From Mizuhopecten yessoensis (taxonomy: Eukaryota): a DNA stretch of 64,000 nt. The position numbers were made by a program, and so were the translations under genes. Each line of letters begins with the position of its first letter. Position 1 is the stretch's first letter. Positions 48,907 through 61,376 of the stretch are shown one piece after another. Under the pieces are notes generated by a model. The model searched no databases. It was not told the origin of the DNA and saw only the letters and a program-made list of their open reading frames with translations. The DNA lies in contig NW_018408713.1 in NCBI RefSeq assembly GCF_002113885.1, positions 2,386,908 through 2,450,907 on the forward strand, written 5' to 3'.

Positions 48907-49364
48907 AGGGTGGCACGATTTACCCAAAAACATCCAAAAACACCCCCAAAACATCCAGATAAGACCACAAAAAAACACAGACGACACTTAAATAATATTC
49001 AGTTAATATTATAATGTAGTAACATAATTTTCTGCAAACGCAAAATAGATTGAAATAATCAGAACCTTAAAAAACAAGTACGAAGTTAACACATCCTCTT
49101 TATAACAAAAGCACTTATCAAATACAAAATAAACATAGGCTATCTATGTCAAATAATGTGGAAAGAGTGAGAAAAATACCATGTTATATAAAAAAAAAAA
49201 TCGATCTTTGCAGGGGAAGTAACTCAAATACGTTATAGTTAATATTACTCGCGTCACTATAACTATCCAATTAACGGGAAACATCATTATGTTACATAAT
49301 GTCAGGTAGCAGAAATATAAATATCTATGTTTATTTTTGGGTCTTTTTTGGTAAATCGTGCTGC
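48907..49364. mobile_element. Degenerate TIR element
   Basis: ggtggcacgatttacccaaaaa ... ttttttggtaaatcgtgctgcc. Confidence 0.45.
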
Positions 49365-49983
49365 CGCTCCCTTATATCCCTTTTATCACCGATGCGTCCT
49401 AATTAATATACGTGCAATCACCATATAGCTGTCAAACCTCGCTCATTAGCAGGGAGGATGTCTCAATTTTACCAAATTTTAAAATCTCCCTCATTCAAGT
49501 CCATACTCACAAAAACTCAAATGTACTTTCTCCCTCATTGAAGTTTTCAGAGGTTGACACCTATGAATTACCACACGTTCATCTCTCAAGGTACAATGTG
49601 ATGGTAGACTGCAGGAGAATAACTTGATGGCCAGAGCTATCTCTTTGAGAAGTGGCATGGTTAATGATATACACACTTAATACATTATTAATTTGAAAAT
49701 AACCAGTACTCCTCTCATATTGAAATTCATATATTAAGGGGTTTCATTCACACCCATTCCTTCAGTGTCTTCTGTAGTTAAGACCATTTGGGAGTTCCAC
49801 CTTTCGGCCCCTAGCATCACCAATGAGTCCTGGAAGGACTGAACGGCTTATGGTGCAGTGTAGTTCAGGTTTTTGGCACAGTATATCAATCAATTATTAT
49901 TGGTGTATCTCCCAAGTCTACCGACCATTCGCCTCTGCATGATGACTGGGCAGCATAACTTGATGAAGTTTTAACCCATAACG

Positions 49984-50656
49984 CATTCTCGTTACCCTAG
50001 GGGTTACGCTCACTTTCGCTCTCTACACCCCTGGAATCATCCTCGATACCCCAGGGGTTACGCTCACTTTCGATCTCTGCACCCCTGGCATATGTCATAA
50101 CAAAATTGAATTCTCACTGTGTACCACTTTGTGGATGAGGCGAGAAGACTAGTTCGATCCTTTGATGTACATCAAAAGAATCTCGCTGTCGCGTAACGGT
50201 AAAAAAAATTGGCGTTGAAGTTGGGTATCGCTCCTTTGTAATCTTCAAAGGACAAGTATCAGCCTAGTGATTGGTCAGGTTATTGTATCCGACACCAATT
50301 AAATTGATAGCCATGTGCCTTCAATTTTGCTATGACATCTTCCAGGGGTGCAGAGAGAGAAAGTGAGCGTAACCCCTGGAGATCGAGGATGATTCCAGGG
50401 GTACCGAGAGAGAAAGCGAGCGTAACCCCTGGATATCGCGGATGATTCCAGGGGTAAAGAGAGAGAAAGTGAGCGTACCCCCTGGATATCGAGGATGATT
50501 CAAGGGGCACAGAGAGAGAAAGTGAGCGAAACCCCTGGATATCGAGGATGACTCCAGGGGTACAGAGAGAGAAAGTTAGCGTAACCCCTGGATATCGCGG
50601 ATGATTCCAGGGGTACAGAGAGAGAAAGTGAGCGTAACCCCTGGATACCGAGGATG
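49984..50656. mobile_element. MITE family B, copy 1, with a tandemly amplified 53-bp TIR unit
   Basis: Two units on the left and six inverted units on the right (50341-50656); core homologous to 56620-56972. Confidence 0.85.
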
Positions 50657-51346
50657 CCCATAACGACCCCCTATAAAAAGCTACATCCGCCGTAACATTG
50701 ATTCATGTGATAGTAGATCCATTTTTTGGCCAAACCTGACTGAAGTTGCAAGCAAAATGTGTTACGTCATTATCAAATATGTGGATGACGTAGAATGTTA
50801 CCGAAAAGGCAAAAGGGATAAAATAATTCACTATGGATACCATATATGTCAGCATGCTAGTTGTGGTTTCAGGTATATTTTCACCAGCCTGCTAATGTAC
50901 AATGCAGACAAAAAAATATCAAGTATGTTCAACAAGTTTAATGAATTCCTCAACATATACATTTTTTCTGAATAGTGTTCAGATTTTAAAAGTCAGGTAT
51001 ATTTGTGTAAAATATGTTTTACAAAAGCGTGCCGTGCTGTATTTTGGGAGGGAAAAACGGTAAAAATCACATAAAATTGTGTTATAAAGTAGTTAAATAA
51101 ATTTTCTTCCCTCAATAGTACATACGTAAAATCTTCCAAAAGCATATAAGAAATAACAATTTTGTATAGTTATAGCACAATCCCCTTGTTAACTCCTCTC
51201 CCTTCTCGTATTGTTAACGTTCACAAAGATTATCATGTGTTCACACGCCCGACCCTTGGTCACGCTTACAGTATTCCTCCCTTCGTTCACCCTGTACTCC
51301 CCTCCTTGTTCGCGTTCACGTATTTCTTGTCAGTTAGAATCTCCCC

Positions 51347-54300
51347 CTAGTGCCGTACACGGTCGGATTTGACCAGAGTCCTCTTAAACTGATGGCTGTG
51401 AGTCTGCGGTTCCTGCAACGAAGAAAGCATTGCAGTCCTCGAATCGACGACGACATTGATTTCATCAGTCATATCCTCGAACTCGTCGTTCTTCGGGTGT
51501 CTTAGCCAAAGTTGTGGACGCGAGCGTTTACCGCTGAAATGAGCTTCTCCACCATGTTCACGCTGGCGTTTAAAGCCATCTTTATTTTCATGAGTGATTT
51601 CATTGCCTTTGCATTCAATATTTCGAATAGTTTTAGTCGGAGTAACGATTTTTGAGGAATTGGTAAGTCTTCTTTTGTAATTTTGCACACAGTAAGTAGA
51701 ACTCTCTTTGCTATCGGGGTGTTTTAAACCAGGTTTCTTCACTTCAATGACCTCACCGTGGCGTTTGCCTAAAGTGGTGCTAGAGTGACGTGGTGCTGGT
51801 GCATTTCCTGTAGTTGATGCCCTGCAATGACATTAGACACGTTTAATGTAAAGACAAAAATCCGCCAATTACTAGGATACACTACTGGAATACTTTATGT
51901 CGAGGCTATGGTTGAGTAAACAATTTCCAAACGTTAATGAAAAGTTCATTTTTCACAGCCAATAAAATTTCCATATGACGTTTCGATCACTTGACTAGTT
52001 AATGCACACAAAGGTGTAAAATGTGAACGAGATGTCCACAAAATCGATGTCGATTTCGGCTACGCTGTAAACGTATGCACACTAGTTAGAATATATGTAC
52101 CGGAATGACCCGATTCAGCAACGCCTTGTTTGATTCTTGGTCATAGATGTGAGAGAGTCTTTGAGCATCCTTGTCTCGATTCAGAACTGGCCCACTGCGG
52201 CGGCTTCCTTTATCTGACGCTTGAACAGATTGCTCTCTCTGTCCAAAATTTTAGAGTTATCCCAGTCAATCACATGGTTTTTCTGTGTGGCATGGTCTGT
52301 GATTGCCGATTTATTTATCTGGGACTCTGACTGCTTCCTTTCTGATCTGGTGAATTCCTACCTTCTTGGGTTTCTGTATCTTTCCGGTGTTCACCAAGGC
52401 GGACCCCAAATCGCTTTCCACTTTCTCCAATATACGACCAGTTTTTGCATCCGATTTTGTATACGCATTCTGCGACAGATATACTAACTTTTTCTACATA
52501 CGTTTACAGCGTAGCCGAAATCGACATCGAGTTTGTGGACAACTCGTAAACTGTGTACACCTTAGCGTGCATACGCTTCACTGGTCATTTGTCTGATGAA
52601 GGTGACAGTGTGCATATCGTATATAATAAGTCATGGAAACGTCACATAGAAAATATATTGGTTGTGTAAAAAGAACTTTTCATAATCCATACTTACCAAC
52701 CTGAAGAAAATGTTTAGAAATTTCCAAACGTGCTGTTGGACATTAGATCACAGGGAAGAATTTCCGAATCGTTGATTGCACAATACTCGTAGCCTACCAT
52801 TTAAATAATATATGGCTTTGGGCTTTTTAAAGGTGCTGAGATCATATTTCACTCGTTTCTCACCATGTGGACAGTAGTACGAATCAAGACTTACCATGCA
52901 TGGTTGTTCTGTGGACAGCTTTGCTTAGGTGGCAAGAAGTGATCACAGCATACGCCGACCTGTAAGGTTAAAATATTCAGAGTTTAGTGTAAGAAGTCCT
53001 CAAAAGTTAAATTAAAATTGACATGTGAAGTTCTGAATTTTCATTAAAAAATGTGCACGAAGAAAATGTTTTTGTTTAAAGCACACGAGGAGAGGCACAA
53101 CAATGATAGCCCACGTGGAAATAGGCGGAAAGGATATAGCGCACGAGGGAAAAGGCGCTACAGTATCTTTATCAAACTTTAATCAAGATTTTTTGAGTTC
53201 ACCTAGACGACTCTGCGATTAGAAACATTGTGAAAATCGATGGAATAATACATCATTCCAAATCTCAATAAAAAAATAAAAATTACAAATACCGTTGATG
53301 GATTGTAATATAAATAACACATTAACCTTATTTTAGATAATGCGCTAATGGCATAGATAGGATGCATGTTGTTTACATTCATACAATGGTTGTATAATAA
53401 ACAACCAATGAAATTATCACATATTCCTGGCAGGGACGACGAAAAGGCACCAAGTTTTACTTACACAAGTCAAAATGGCGCCTGTCGGAAAAGCTATACC
53501 AATTTCATTTTTTTTTTTTAATTAAGAAAAAAGGTTTAACTGTATTTATAAGTCGTTGATTTAAGCGTTAATATATATTTGATAGGATATATTCCAAAGT
53601 CGATAATATATTTCGAAATTAAGGGGTTCACGTTCTCTTAGTGAACGAAGCCCCTAGAACTCGGGGGTGTATTCCGTCTTTGCGTATTGCAGAGTTATCT
53701 TCTCTTGTGAGCAGGCATTGATTGTAACGTCATCGGTTTGTGAGAGTAACGTCATCAATATTTGAGAAAACGATGTAATTTTATCACACAAACCACTGAC
53801 GTAACAATCAATACCTGCTCACAAGAGAAGATAACTCTGCAAAACGCAAAGACGGAATAGACAATATCTATTAACATAGGTACCTGTCACTGGTGCATTT
53901 TTTTATTTTATTTTCCTTTCTCATTTGCGATAGGTAGCTATGCTATGACCTACCTCTGGACACGTGGATGAAGCTGAGGTAGGTTGTACACATGTACCGA
54001 CAGAATCGTTGAATGATGCACCATCTACAAGTGAACAAAAACACTAGCTTATCCTTTCCAAAAAAATCTATTTGAAGAAACATGTAAAAAAATAAAAAAG
54101 CAAGATCCAGAAAAACGATGTTCATTGTAAACAAGACATAATTGTGTTCTGAATAAAAATGCCAAATTGTAAATAAAATGTCTTGTTGTCGGACTAGTGA
54201 GTTTCCTCTGAATAGTTTGTTGATAACGTATAATAGCGTTTGAACTACATGTAATTAGGTTCCAGTATAAATGGACCATTATCATGTCTGAACTTGTGTG

Positions 54301-57244
54301 TTCCAAATGTTTAAAAAAAAAAATTGCGTCCGGACGAAAAAGGTTCCAATGTAGATATGGTATAATTATTTCCGGACTTTTGATATGTTCCAATGTAAAA
54401 AAAAAAAAAACTTGTTTCTCAGAGGTGACAATGGAGCTAAGACATAATTGTGTATGGATTAAAGAGGTTACGCTGTACACAATTCGATTCACAATTATAT
54501 TTGGACTTCATAGGTTCCAATGTAGACAATATAGCATTGTGTCTGGACTATTGAGGTTCCACTGTAGAAAGACATTATTGGGTCCGAACTAACGAGGTTC
54601 TGCATTTGAAAGACATAATTATGTCCAGACTAACAAGGTTCCGCTGAAGAACGGCGTATTTATGGCCGGAGTAAAGAGGTTCCATTTTAGTAAGACATAA
54701 TGTCCAGACTAACGATCGAGGTTCTACTGTATAAAAGACATAATTGCGTCCGGACTAATGCGGTTCCATTGTAGAAAGACGTAAATTGTGTCCAGACTTA
54801 CAAGGTACCAATGTAGATGACAAGTACTTGCGTCCGGATTAATGAGGTTTCAAAGTAGAAAACAACATTTTGTGTCCGGAGTATTAAAGCAATAATATAG
54901 AGAAGACAAATACAGGCAAGGCATCATTGTACCAGAGTAATAAGGTTCCACTGTAGGGATATTATTCGCGGAGCTTCCACTATAAACCTTTTCACCTACC
55001 AAGGAAGTGTTGATGTTTAAACTCCTTTGCCGTGTAAGCTTCGTGTTCGAGTCTGATCGGTGACGTCACTGATGTACCCAGAATGCCTCTCTCCTCGTTG
55101 TTCGTGACATGCTCATATTTGCAACATTCGTGTTTATTTTCTGGTAAAGGTTTCCTCTGTTTGATTCTATTCCTGACTTCTGAAGATGGTCTTCTCTAGA
55201 TTATATAATATAAAAAAAAGGCTAATCAAAATATCATTGAACTATTTAAATGATTTTTATATCTTCAATGATTCGCCTGTGGCCAAATGTAGCGTATTTT
55301 TAAAATTAAATAAAAACGTTGGAAACCATTACCTTTTCACTTGTATGCTCTTCTAATTAAAAAATGAATATTGTGCTGTTTAATCTCCATTTTACCTACT
55401 TTTTTGTTTGATAACATGAACATACTTAATGTGACTTGGTTAATTAGTTGTTGAAGCATTATTTACACAACAAGTTGATAGGGGTAAAGAGGGGGTAAGG
55501 GAGATAACTCTAACACAAATAACGATTATACGTTATGATGAGGGTATCATATGACCTTAAGCCACCACGCCCACCTGTACGTGACGAAGAGAATGCTGGT
55601 CCCGGCGTGACAGTCGACTCTCTGCAAATCTGTAGTCGGCAGCCCAAGGTTCATCCATGATCGTTAATCTGCATCCAAAAGTAAGATCAACATTTTTTTA
55701 ATTGCTACACATGTTTGCATGAGATTATGCTTTTTTCATCGCTTGCGAAATATCTGATCTGTTTGGATGATATTTTATCGTTCAACACATATGGTAACAT
55801 AATTTGTTTAGCGCTACTGGCACGATCGCATGGGTTGGCGTCCGTCCGTCAACTTTTCAGTTGAAAAGCTTCTTCTTAAGAACTAGAAAACCTAGGATAA
55901 TGATATCTGGCCAGCAGCTACCTGAGATGGAATGCTTTAAGGTTCCCTTATATATGGCATTGGCTTATTTTCAAAGTCTTAGAGGCCAAATATGTTAAAA
56001 TCTTCATACACCATTATCTCAGGAACCACGAGGTCTAAAGTCATGATACTTGGTGGATAATGGAGGGATTGGTGATTGGTTGTTGGATGACCATCATTGC
56101 GAATCTTCCAGGGGCTTAACGATGCGTTGGTCATAACAAAGGAAAGGTTGAGATCATATCCTACTGCCAGGATTGGCTCCAGGTTCCGGGTCCGGCTCTA
56201 TACACGTCGGGGGCTTAGTGCCTGGTTTAGAATATGGTAATGACTGAAATCCTCAACCAGTAACCATATGATCCAGGGAATAAGTCCACAAGGCCGGGGT
56301 CCTGGTTAGGTTTGAAATCCCCACCCAGTGACCATTTGACCGAAAAGTGCGTTCAGTTTCTATGCAGTTCGTCAGAGCTATTTATTTTCCCTCTTGTATT
56401 AAACAGAATAAATGAAAATGCTTGAATTTCGGATTTCTAAGGAAATAATCCGTTTATTGGCGTTTTATTAATAAACTTTTGTAAATAAGGGGAGAAAAAA
56501 GGAGCCCAAGCATTTCTCGGTATTCAAAGTCCGTGGCTGAGATTTCACAAAAAATCAACTTTCATCAAAACGACAAACGTTGTCAAGACAACGAGTAGAT
56601 TATTAATCATCAGTATATACATCCTCGATACCCCAGGGTTACGCTCACTTTCGATTTCTGCACCCCTGGAATATGTCATAGCAAAATTGAAGGCTCAGTG
56701 TGCACCGCCTTGTGGGTGAGACAAGAAGACTAGTTTGATCCTTTGATGTACATCATAAGAATCTCGCTGTCGCGTAACGGTAAAATGTATTGGCTTTGAA
56801 GTTGGGTATCGCTCCTTTGTAATCTTCAAAGGACACGTATCAGACTAGTGATTGGTCAGGTTATTTTACCTGACACCAATCAAATTGATAGCCATGTGCC
56901 TTCAATTTTGCTATGACATTTTCCAGGGGTGCAGAGAGCGAAAGTGAGCGTAATCCCTGGATATCAAGGATGTAGTATCTACGTATAAGACCAAATCTGT
57001 CCCAGTTAATCAGGCAAATTAAATAACAAACATGAAAGAAAAATTTAAGGAGATGTATACTTAGATACCAAATTTAAAAGACATCCACATTTTAAAATGA
57101 TGCGTTCAGTGGAAAATACCCAGCTTAGTCGACATATGTGGCATTTTTTTTTTTATCTTTTTCTGATATCTTAAAAATTGGTTTTAGGTCTTACCTCTGT
57201 TCGAAAGCTTCATCTAAACTTTCTTGAACGGTTGATTTCACCAT
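51347..57244 (-). CDS. Unrecognised 7-exon gene (347 residues counting one in-frame TGA; 316 aa if exon 6 is skipped); may be a young pseudogene
   Basis: Join of 57244-57195, 55668-55575, 55195-55000, 54024-53954, 52959-52895, 52793-52701, 51821-51347. All introns are GT-AG and the phases join into one frame: MVKSTVQESLDEAFEQRLTIMDEPWAADYRF...KSDRVRH*. Confidence 0.6.
52140..52476 (-). mobile_element. Degenerate Penelope-like GIY-YIG endonuclease fragment
   Basis: With frameshifts it translates to VYKIGC..YIGESGKRFGVRLGEH...SAITDHATQKNHVIDWDNSKILDRE...KEA..LNRD. Confidence 0.8.
53670..53859. mobile_element. MITE family A, copy 3
   Basis: tattccgtctttgcg...cgcaaagacggaata. Confidence 0.85.
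54185..54956. repeat. Degenerate ~45-bp tandem array of a pogo/Tigger-like terminus
   Basis: Repeated gtccggacta..gaggttcca(c/a)tgta units. Confidence 0.65.
55805..56055 (+). mobile_element. Helentron/DINE-like fragment
   Basis: ttagc... start, ggcgtccgtccgtcaac microsatellite and cttcttc..aacta core. Confidence 0.5.
56620..56972. mobile_element. MITE family B, copy 2 (unamplified)
   Basis: CATCC...GGATG with ~75-bp TIRs, flanked by TA. Confidence 0.85.
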
Positions 57245-57309
57245 CGCAACGTCCACGACATAGATCCCCTCCGCTGTGCGTAGTCTTCGTTGTCAGGAAA
57301 ATGTGCGAC

Positions 57310-57375
57310 AAATGACGTCATTGTTACTATGACGCTTATTCATCTAAGCGGTAACTGTGACGTCAGTTCCTGTTT
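57310..57375 (-). promoter_or_regulatory. CRE-rich promoter of the unrecognised gene
   Basis: TGACGTCA at 57313 and 57358, half-CRE TGACG at 57330 and ETS-like TTCCTG at 57367, just upstream of exon 1. Confidence 0.5.
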
Positions 57376-58615
57376 TCCAAGTAAAGATATTTGTCACAAT
57401 GCCGTAAACGGTAGGACATCTCCCCTACCCGTGTGAGAAAAATGAAGCCGGGGTAGTGGTACATTAATTCGACTAGCTCCATATACCCCCTTAAGTTCGA
57501 CGTAATTTTTGTCCATCACTGCCAATTAATAGTATTTGTTTAATTTGCGTCCATAATTTCACATACCTCAATGTTTATTCAACTTGTAACAAGGTACTAA
57601 ACGTGTTGCCATGGTTCCGCTTTCTATCAATTTAACGATTTAAAAAAAAACATTTCCCAAGTACATAGAAATTAGCGTAAATCACGCCAGGACCTTTAAG
57701 CAAATATCAACTTAAATATTCCCGCTAAAAAAAAAGACAGAAAAAAATAAGCCGAACACAAAAACAACTTTAAACAGACGTGGCGGTAAACTATTTGAAT
57801 AAAAAATCATGTATGAAGACATTTATAATGAGTTCAGTTAAGAACTTCTGTAAAATCTGAGAATGTTGTTGAGAGTATCACGGTTAATGACAGTGTTCTG
57901 GTACATGATCAATCCTCTACACCAGACTCGACATAAGTACACGGTAACGACACTACAGTTCATACTTTACTGCTTTAAAATTATATAAAAAAAACACTAA
58001 AATTTCTAGTGGTTAACCTATTTTTGAAACAGCTTATGAATTAGTGGCACACGCTGCATTTTCTGGTAAGTTATTCATATAATAAGTTTGTAGTAAATAT
58101 ATTTTTCTCTTCACGCTTTTGCAACTATTTGCTTTAGAGAATGACCCCTGTCGCCGGTGTAACGTTGAAATCTAACCCCGTTGAAAAGTAAACCGGGGTC
58201 AGTTTTCAACGTTGAGGATGGAACCGGGGAACCGTGGAAACCTGACTCTCCTGTTGAAAATGAACCCCGTAAGAGGTCAATTTTCCACGCGTAGTCCGTT
58301 GAAAATTGACCGAGGTAAATGGACCTTATAGGATTCCTAGTTTATGTAACATTAACTCACCTTGTCCGTGTCGTACATAGGCGTCCATCGTCCGACAAAA
58401 TCAGGTCACTGTGACATACTTCTAAATTGATATTATCATGGGGTTTAAAAATATGCACATAATTCGGTTTTACTTAATTAAGTTCATTGCTACCTACATT
58501 TGAAAAATTGGCCTACATTATTGATAATTGTCATTGGGTTCAGAAATGAATTTAGAACTGTTTTGCCTAATTATGTCACTGTGACCTAGTTTTGTCAAAC
58601 AACTGTTTAATGTTA

Positions 58616-60412
58616 CTTTGACTTTGACTTTAAACATATTTTATTAACCAAAATTGGAAAATAGGATTTGGCACAAGTTAATACAACTTATGAAGCCATC
58701 TCCTTACAACAATAATTCAAAACAACAGATGATGATATAGACTGTCAATTACAATTCATAGTAGTATGAAGCGATTTTTAAAGTAACACATACACATACA
58801 AAAAAACATATTTTAAAGTCAAGTTCATAATCGAAACATGTTAAAATCTTCCACTGGATCTAATAAAAGTTTGCACTTGTTTGAATACATCACAATTTGT
58901 ATCCAAAGCCAGATTTTCATTTCCAAACAGTAATAATCTCAACGTTAAATGTACATTTAAATGATTTATATGATCAAAAAGTACAGTACGAGCATTTGTG
59001 TAAGGTTGACATTCAAAGAAGAAGTGATAGGCATTTTCGCAATGGTAGCCACAATTTATACAATTGGAGTCTTGGACCAAGTTTGCACGGTAAAGATCAT
59101 GTTTGAGAGGACTGCGTTCGTGTCTTAGTCTGGTATGACGAATGTTTAGTTTTCTGTCACCACGTAAGTAATGAGGGGTACTGTATATGGTATGTTGGGG
59201 ACAAGAAAGATAAATTAGTAGTAGAGAGTCTGAAATTGGGAATTTTGTAGTTATCATTATTTCTAAGAGCATGTCGGTTTTTTCCTACCTTAGTGGGAAA
59301 AAGATTCGTTAGGTAGTTCGGGGTTTGATGCCTATCCATTTTGTAGATTAACTGAAGTTTTCGTCTTCTTCTTCTTTCCGAAAGTAATTCAAGACCAGTT
59401 TCTGTGTATAATGATTCATTTCTAGCATATGACGGTAAACCTGTAATTATTCTAGCTACTTCACGTTGAGCCCTCTCTAACTTTTCAGAATCGACCAGAG
59501 TACATCCATCCCAAACCTCATGCATATTCTAAAACTGGTAATATATAAGTTTTGTAAATTCTTAAGAGAGCATCCCGCTTTATATTTGAGTTTTCGCAAA
59601 AACAAAAATCATTACCTATTTATAGATTTCACTTACATGATCTGACCATTTTGCATCTGAATTAAATGTAACTCCAAGGTGCCTATGCATGCTGTTAAAA
59701 TTCAAAATATTTCCATCAAAAATCAGTTCAAGATCTTCATCTATATCATTTGAATTTGATATGAAAATAACTTCCATCTTATTTGGATTGAAAGTAACAA
59801 GCCAAGTGTTAGCCCACCTATTTAAAGCTTCCATGACCCTTTTCAAAACTGTTTGTATATCTAGACAAGAAGATGAAGAAGTTTTTAAAGACGTATCATC
59901 AGCAAAGAGACGTGTTGTATGTAGATTCTAGTACTTCGGCGATATCATTTATATAAATTAAGAAAAACAATGGTCCAAGAATTGAACCCTGACGAACTCC
60001 AGCACAGATCAAACCAGCATCAGAAGAAGAATTATTTATAAACACTTTCTGCTGTCTGTTGCTTAAGTAGTTCTCGATCCAAGAAGGAAATTTCCTGAGA
60101 TACCATATGATTTTAACTTGACTAATAAACCATTATGCCAGACTCAAAAGCTTTTGAGATGTCACAGAAAACTAAACAAGTATACTTCTTTACTTCTAGA
60201 TCAAGACAAATATTATGATATAATTCGATTAATTGATACACAGCTGAGTGGCTAGGCATAAATCCTGATTGGTACTGATAAAATAGAGAGTTTTAAAAAA
60301 ATGCAAGCACTTAAAGATAACCCTTTCAAATGTTTTATCAACCGTAGACAAAAGAAAAATCGGTCTATAGTTAGAAGGAGAATGCCTATCACCTTCTTGA
60401 AAAGCCAATGTA
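58616..60412 (-). mobile_element. 5'-truncated CR1/L2-type LINE inserted into a DINE-like element
   Basis: RT-region motifs (YQSGFMP, QGSILGPLFF, LFADDT, WLVTFNPNK, CGYHCENAYHFFFEC); AATAAA plus (GTCAAA)n tail; possible AATGTTA TSD at 58609 and 60413. Confidence 0.88.
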
Positions 60413-60527
60413 AATGTTAATTTCTTATCCTTATGACCATGTTTTGATAATGTAGGTCAAATTTTGAAAACTAGGTCACAATGACCCAACTCCGTTGTCT
60501 TCTGTATAGAGTCGGTAAATTTAGGCG

Positions 60528-61132
60528 TTAAAGGATCCCCGTACCACTGCCAAAAAAACGTAACTAATTATTGCCGGAATCTGGGTTTTTTCAGCCGTGA
60601 TAAATTATGAAAAGATAACCATACATTGTGGGACTTTTATGAAAAATAGTAAAGATGAAATAAACATAATACAATCAATAAGTGTGTTCCGAGTGTAAAA
60701 AAAAATAGTGGGGCTTAAACCGGGGCCCGTATTCATGAAACCCTTCTCATGCTCAAGCATGGATTTTGTGCTCAAGTCTAATTTCTTGTTCCAGTTATAA
60801 ATTATTTAAAAAAAAAAATGTTTAAGTTTGGGACAAAAATTGAAGAGACTTATAGCCGAATTCTGTTTTTAATATTGAAATTTAACTTTTTGATCATTGA
60901 CATGATTCTGGTGAGTTACAAGAAAGCTTTGCTTGAGCACAGAATCCATGCTTGAGCATGGGAACGGTTTCATGAATACGGGCCCGGAATTCGAACCCTG
61001 GACTTCGGATTGTTATACGCTATCATTGGAAATCGATTGAGCACCAGCTGGTCAACGGAAAAGTATCCTAACGGAAGTTAAAGGGAGGTAACTGTTGGAA
61101 AAACGGCAGTGCAGTGAGACAATGATCCTTAA
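60528..61132. mobile_element. TTAA-flanked MITE (same family as 800-1164)
   Basis: ttaaaggatccccgtaccactgc ... gcagtgagacaatgatccttaa. Confidence 0.65.
60724..60984. mobile_element. PIF/Harbinger-like MITE nested in the preceding element
   Basis: GGCCCGTATTCATGAAAC ~50-bp TIRs with a CGG duplication on both sides. Confidence 0.8.
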
Positions 61133-61376
61133 GTTAGTTGTCCTCCTTTGTAACCCCTTGATGTCAGCTGCACATGTTTCCGGTCCGAATAGTTACCAGT
61201 AATTATTTCCTTTTTAAATACATGTACAACAAATATATTCCTCGTTTGCTTGATTAAAAGATTTGCTATCTTAGTCCGTGGTAGCAAACCTTTAATTGTC
61301 AATCGGCTAAACGTGGCTGATTCCAGGACTCTTCGGTACATTTCACGATGTAGGTACGGAATCTGCCGAGTTGTGA

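Noticed and set aside
52697-55195. Alternative reading frame of the orphan exons giving a C2-like string (ILSVHVYNLPQ...)
   Set aside because: This frame contains two stops and does not connect to the exon 1 ATG; the resemblance is by eye only.
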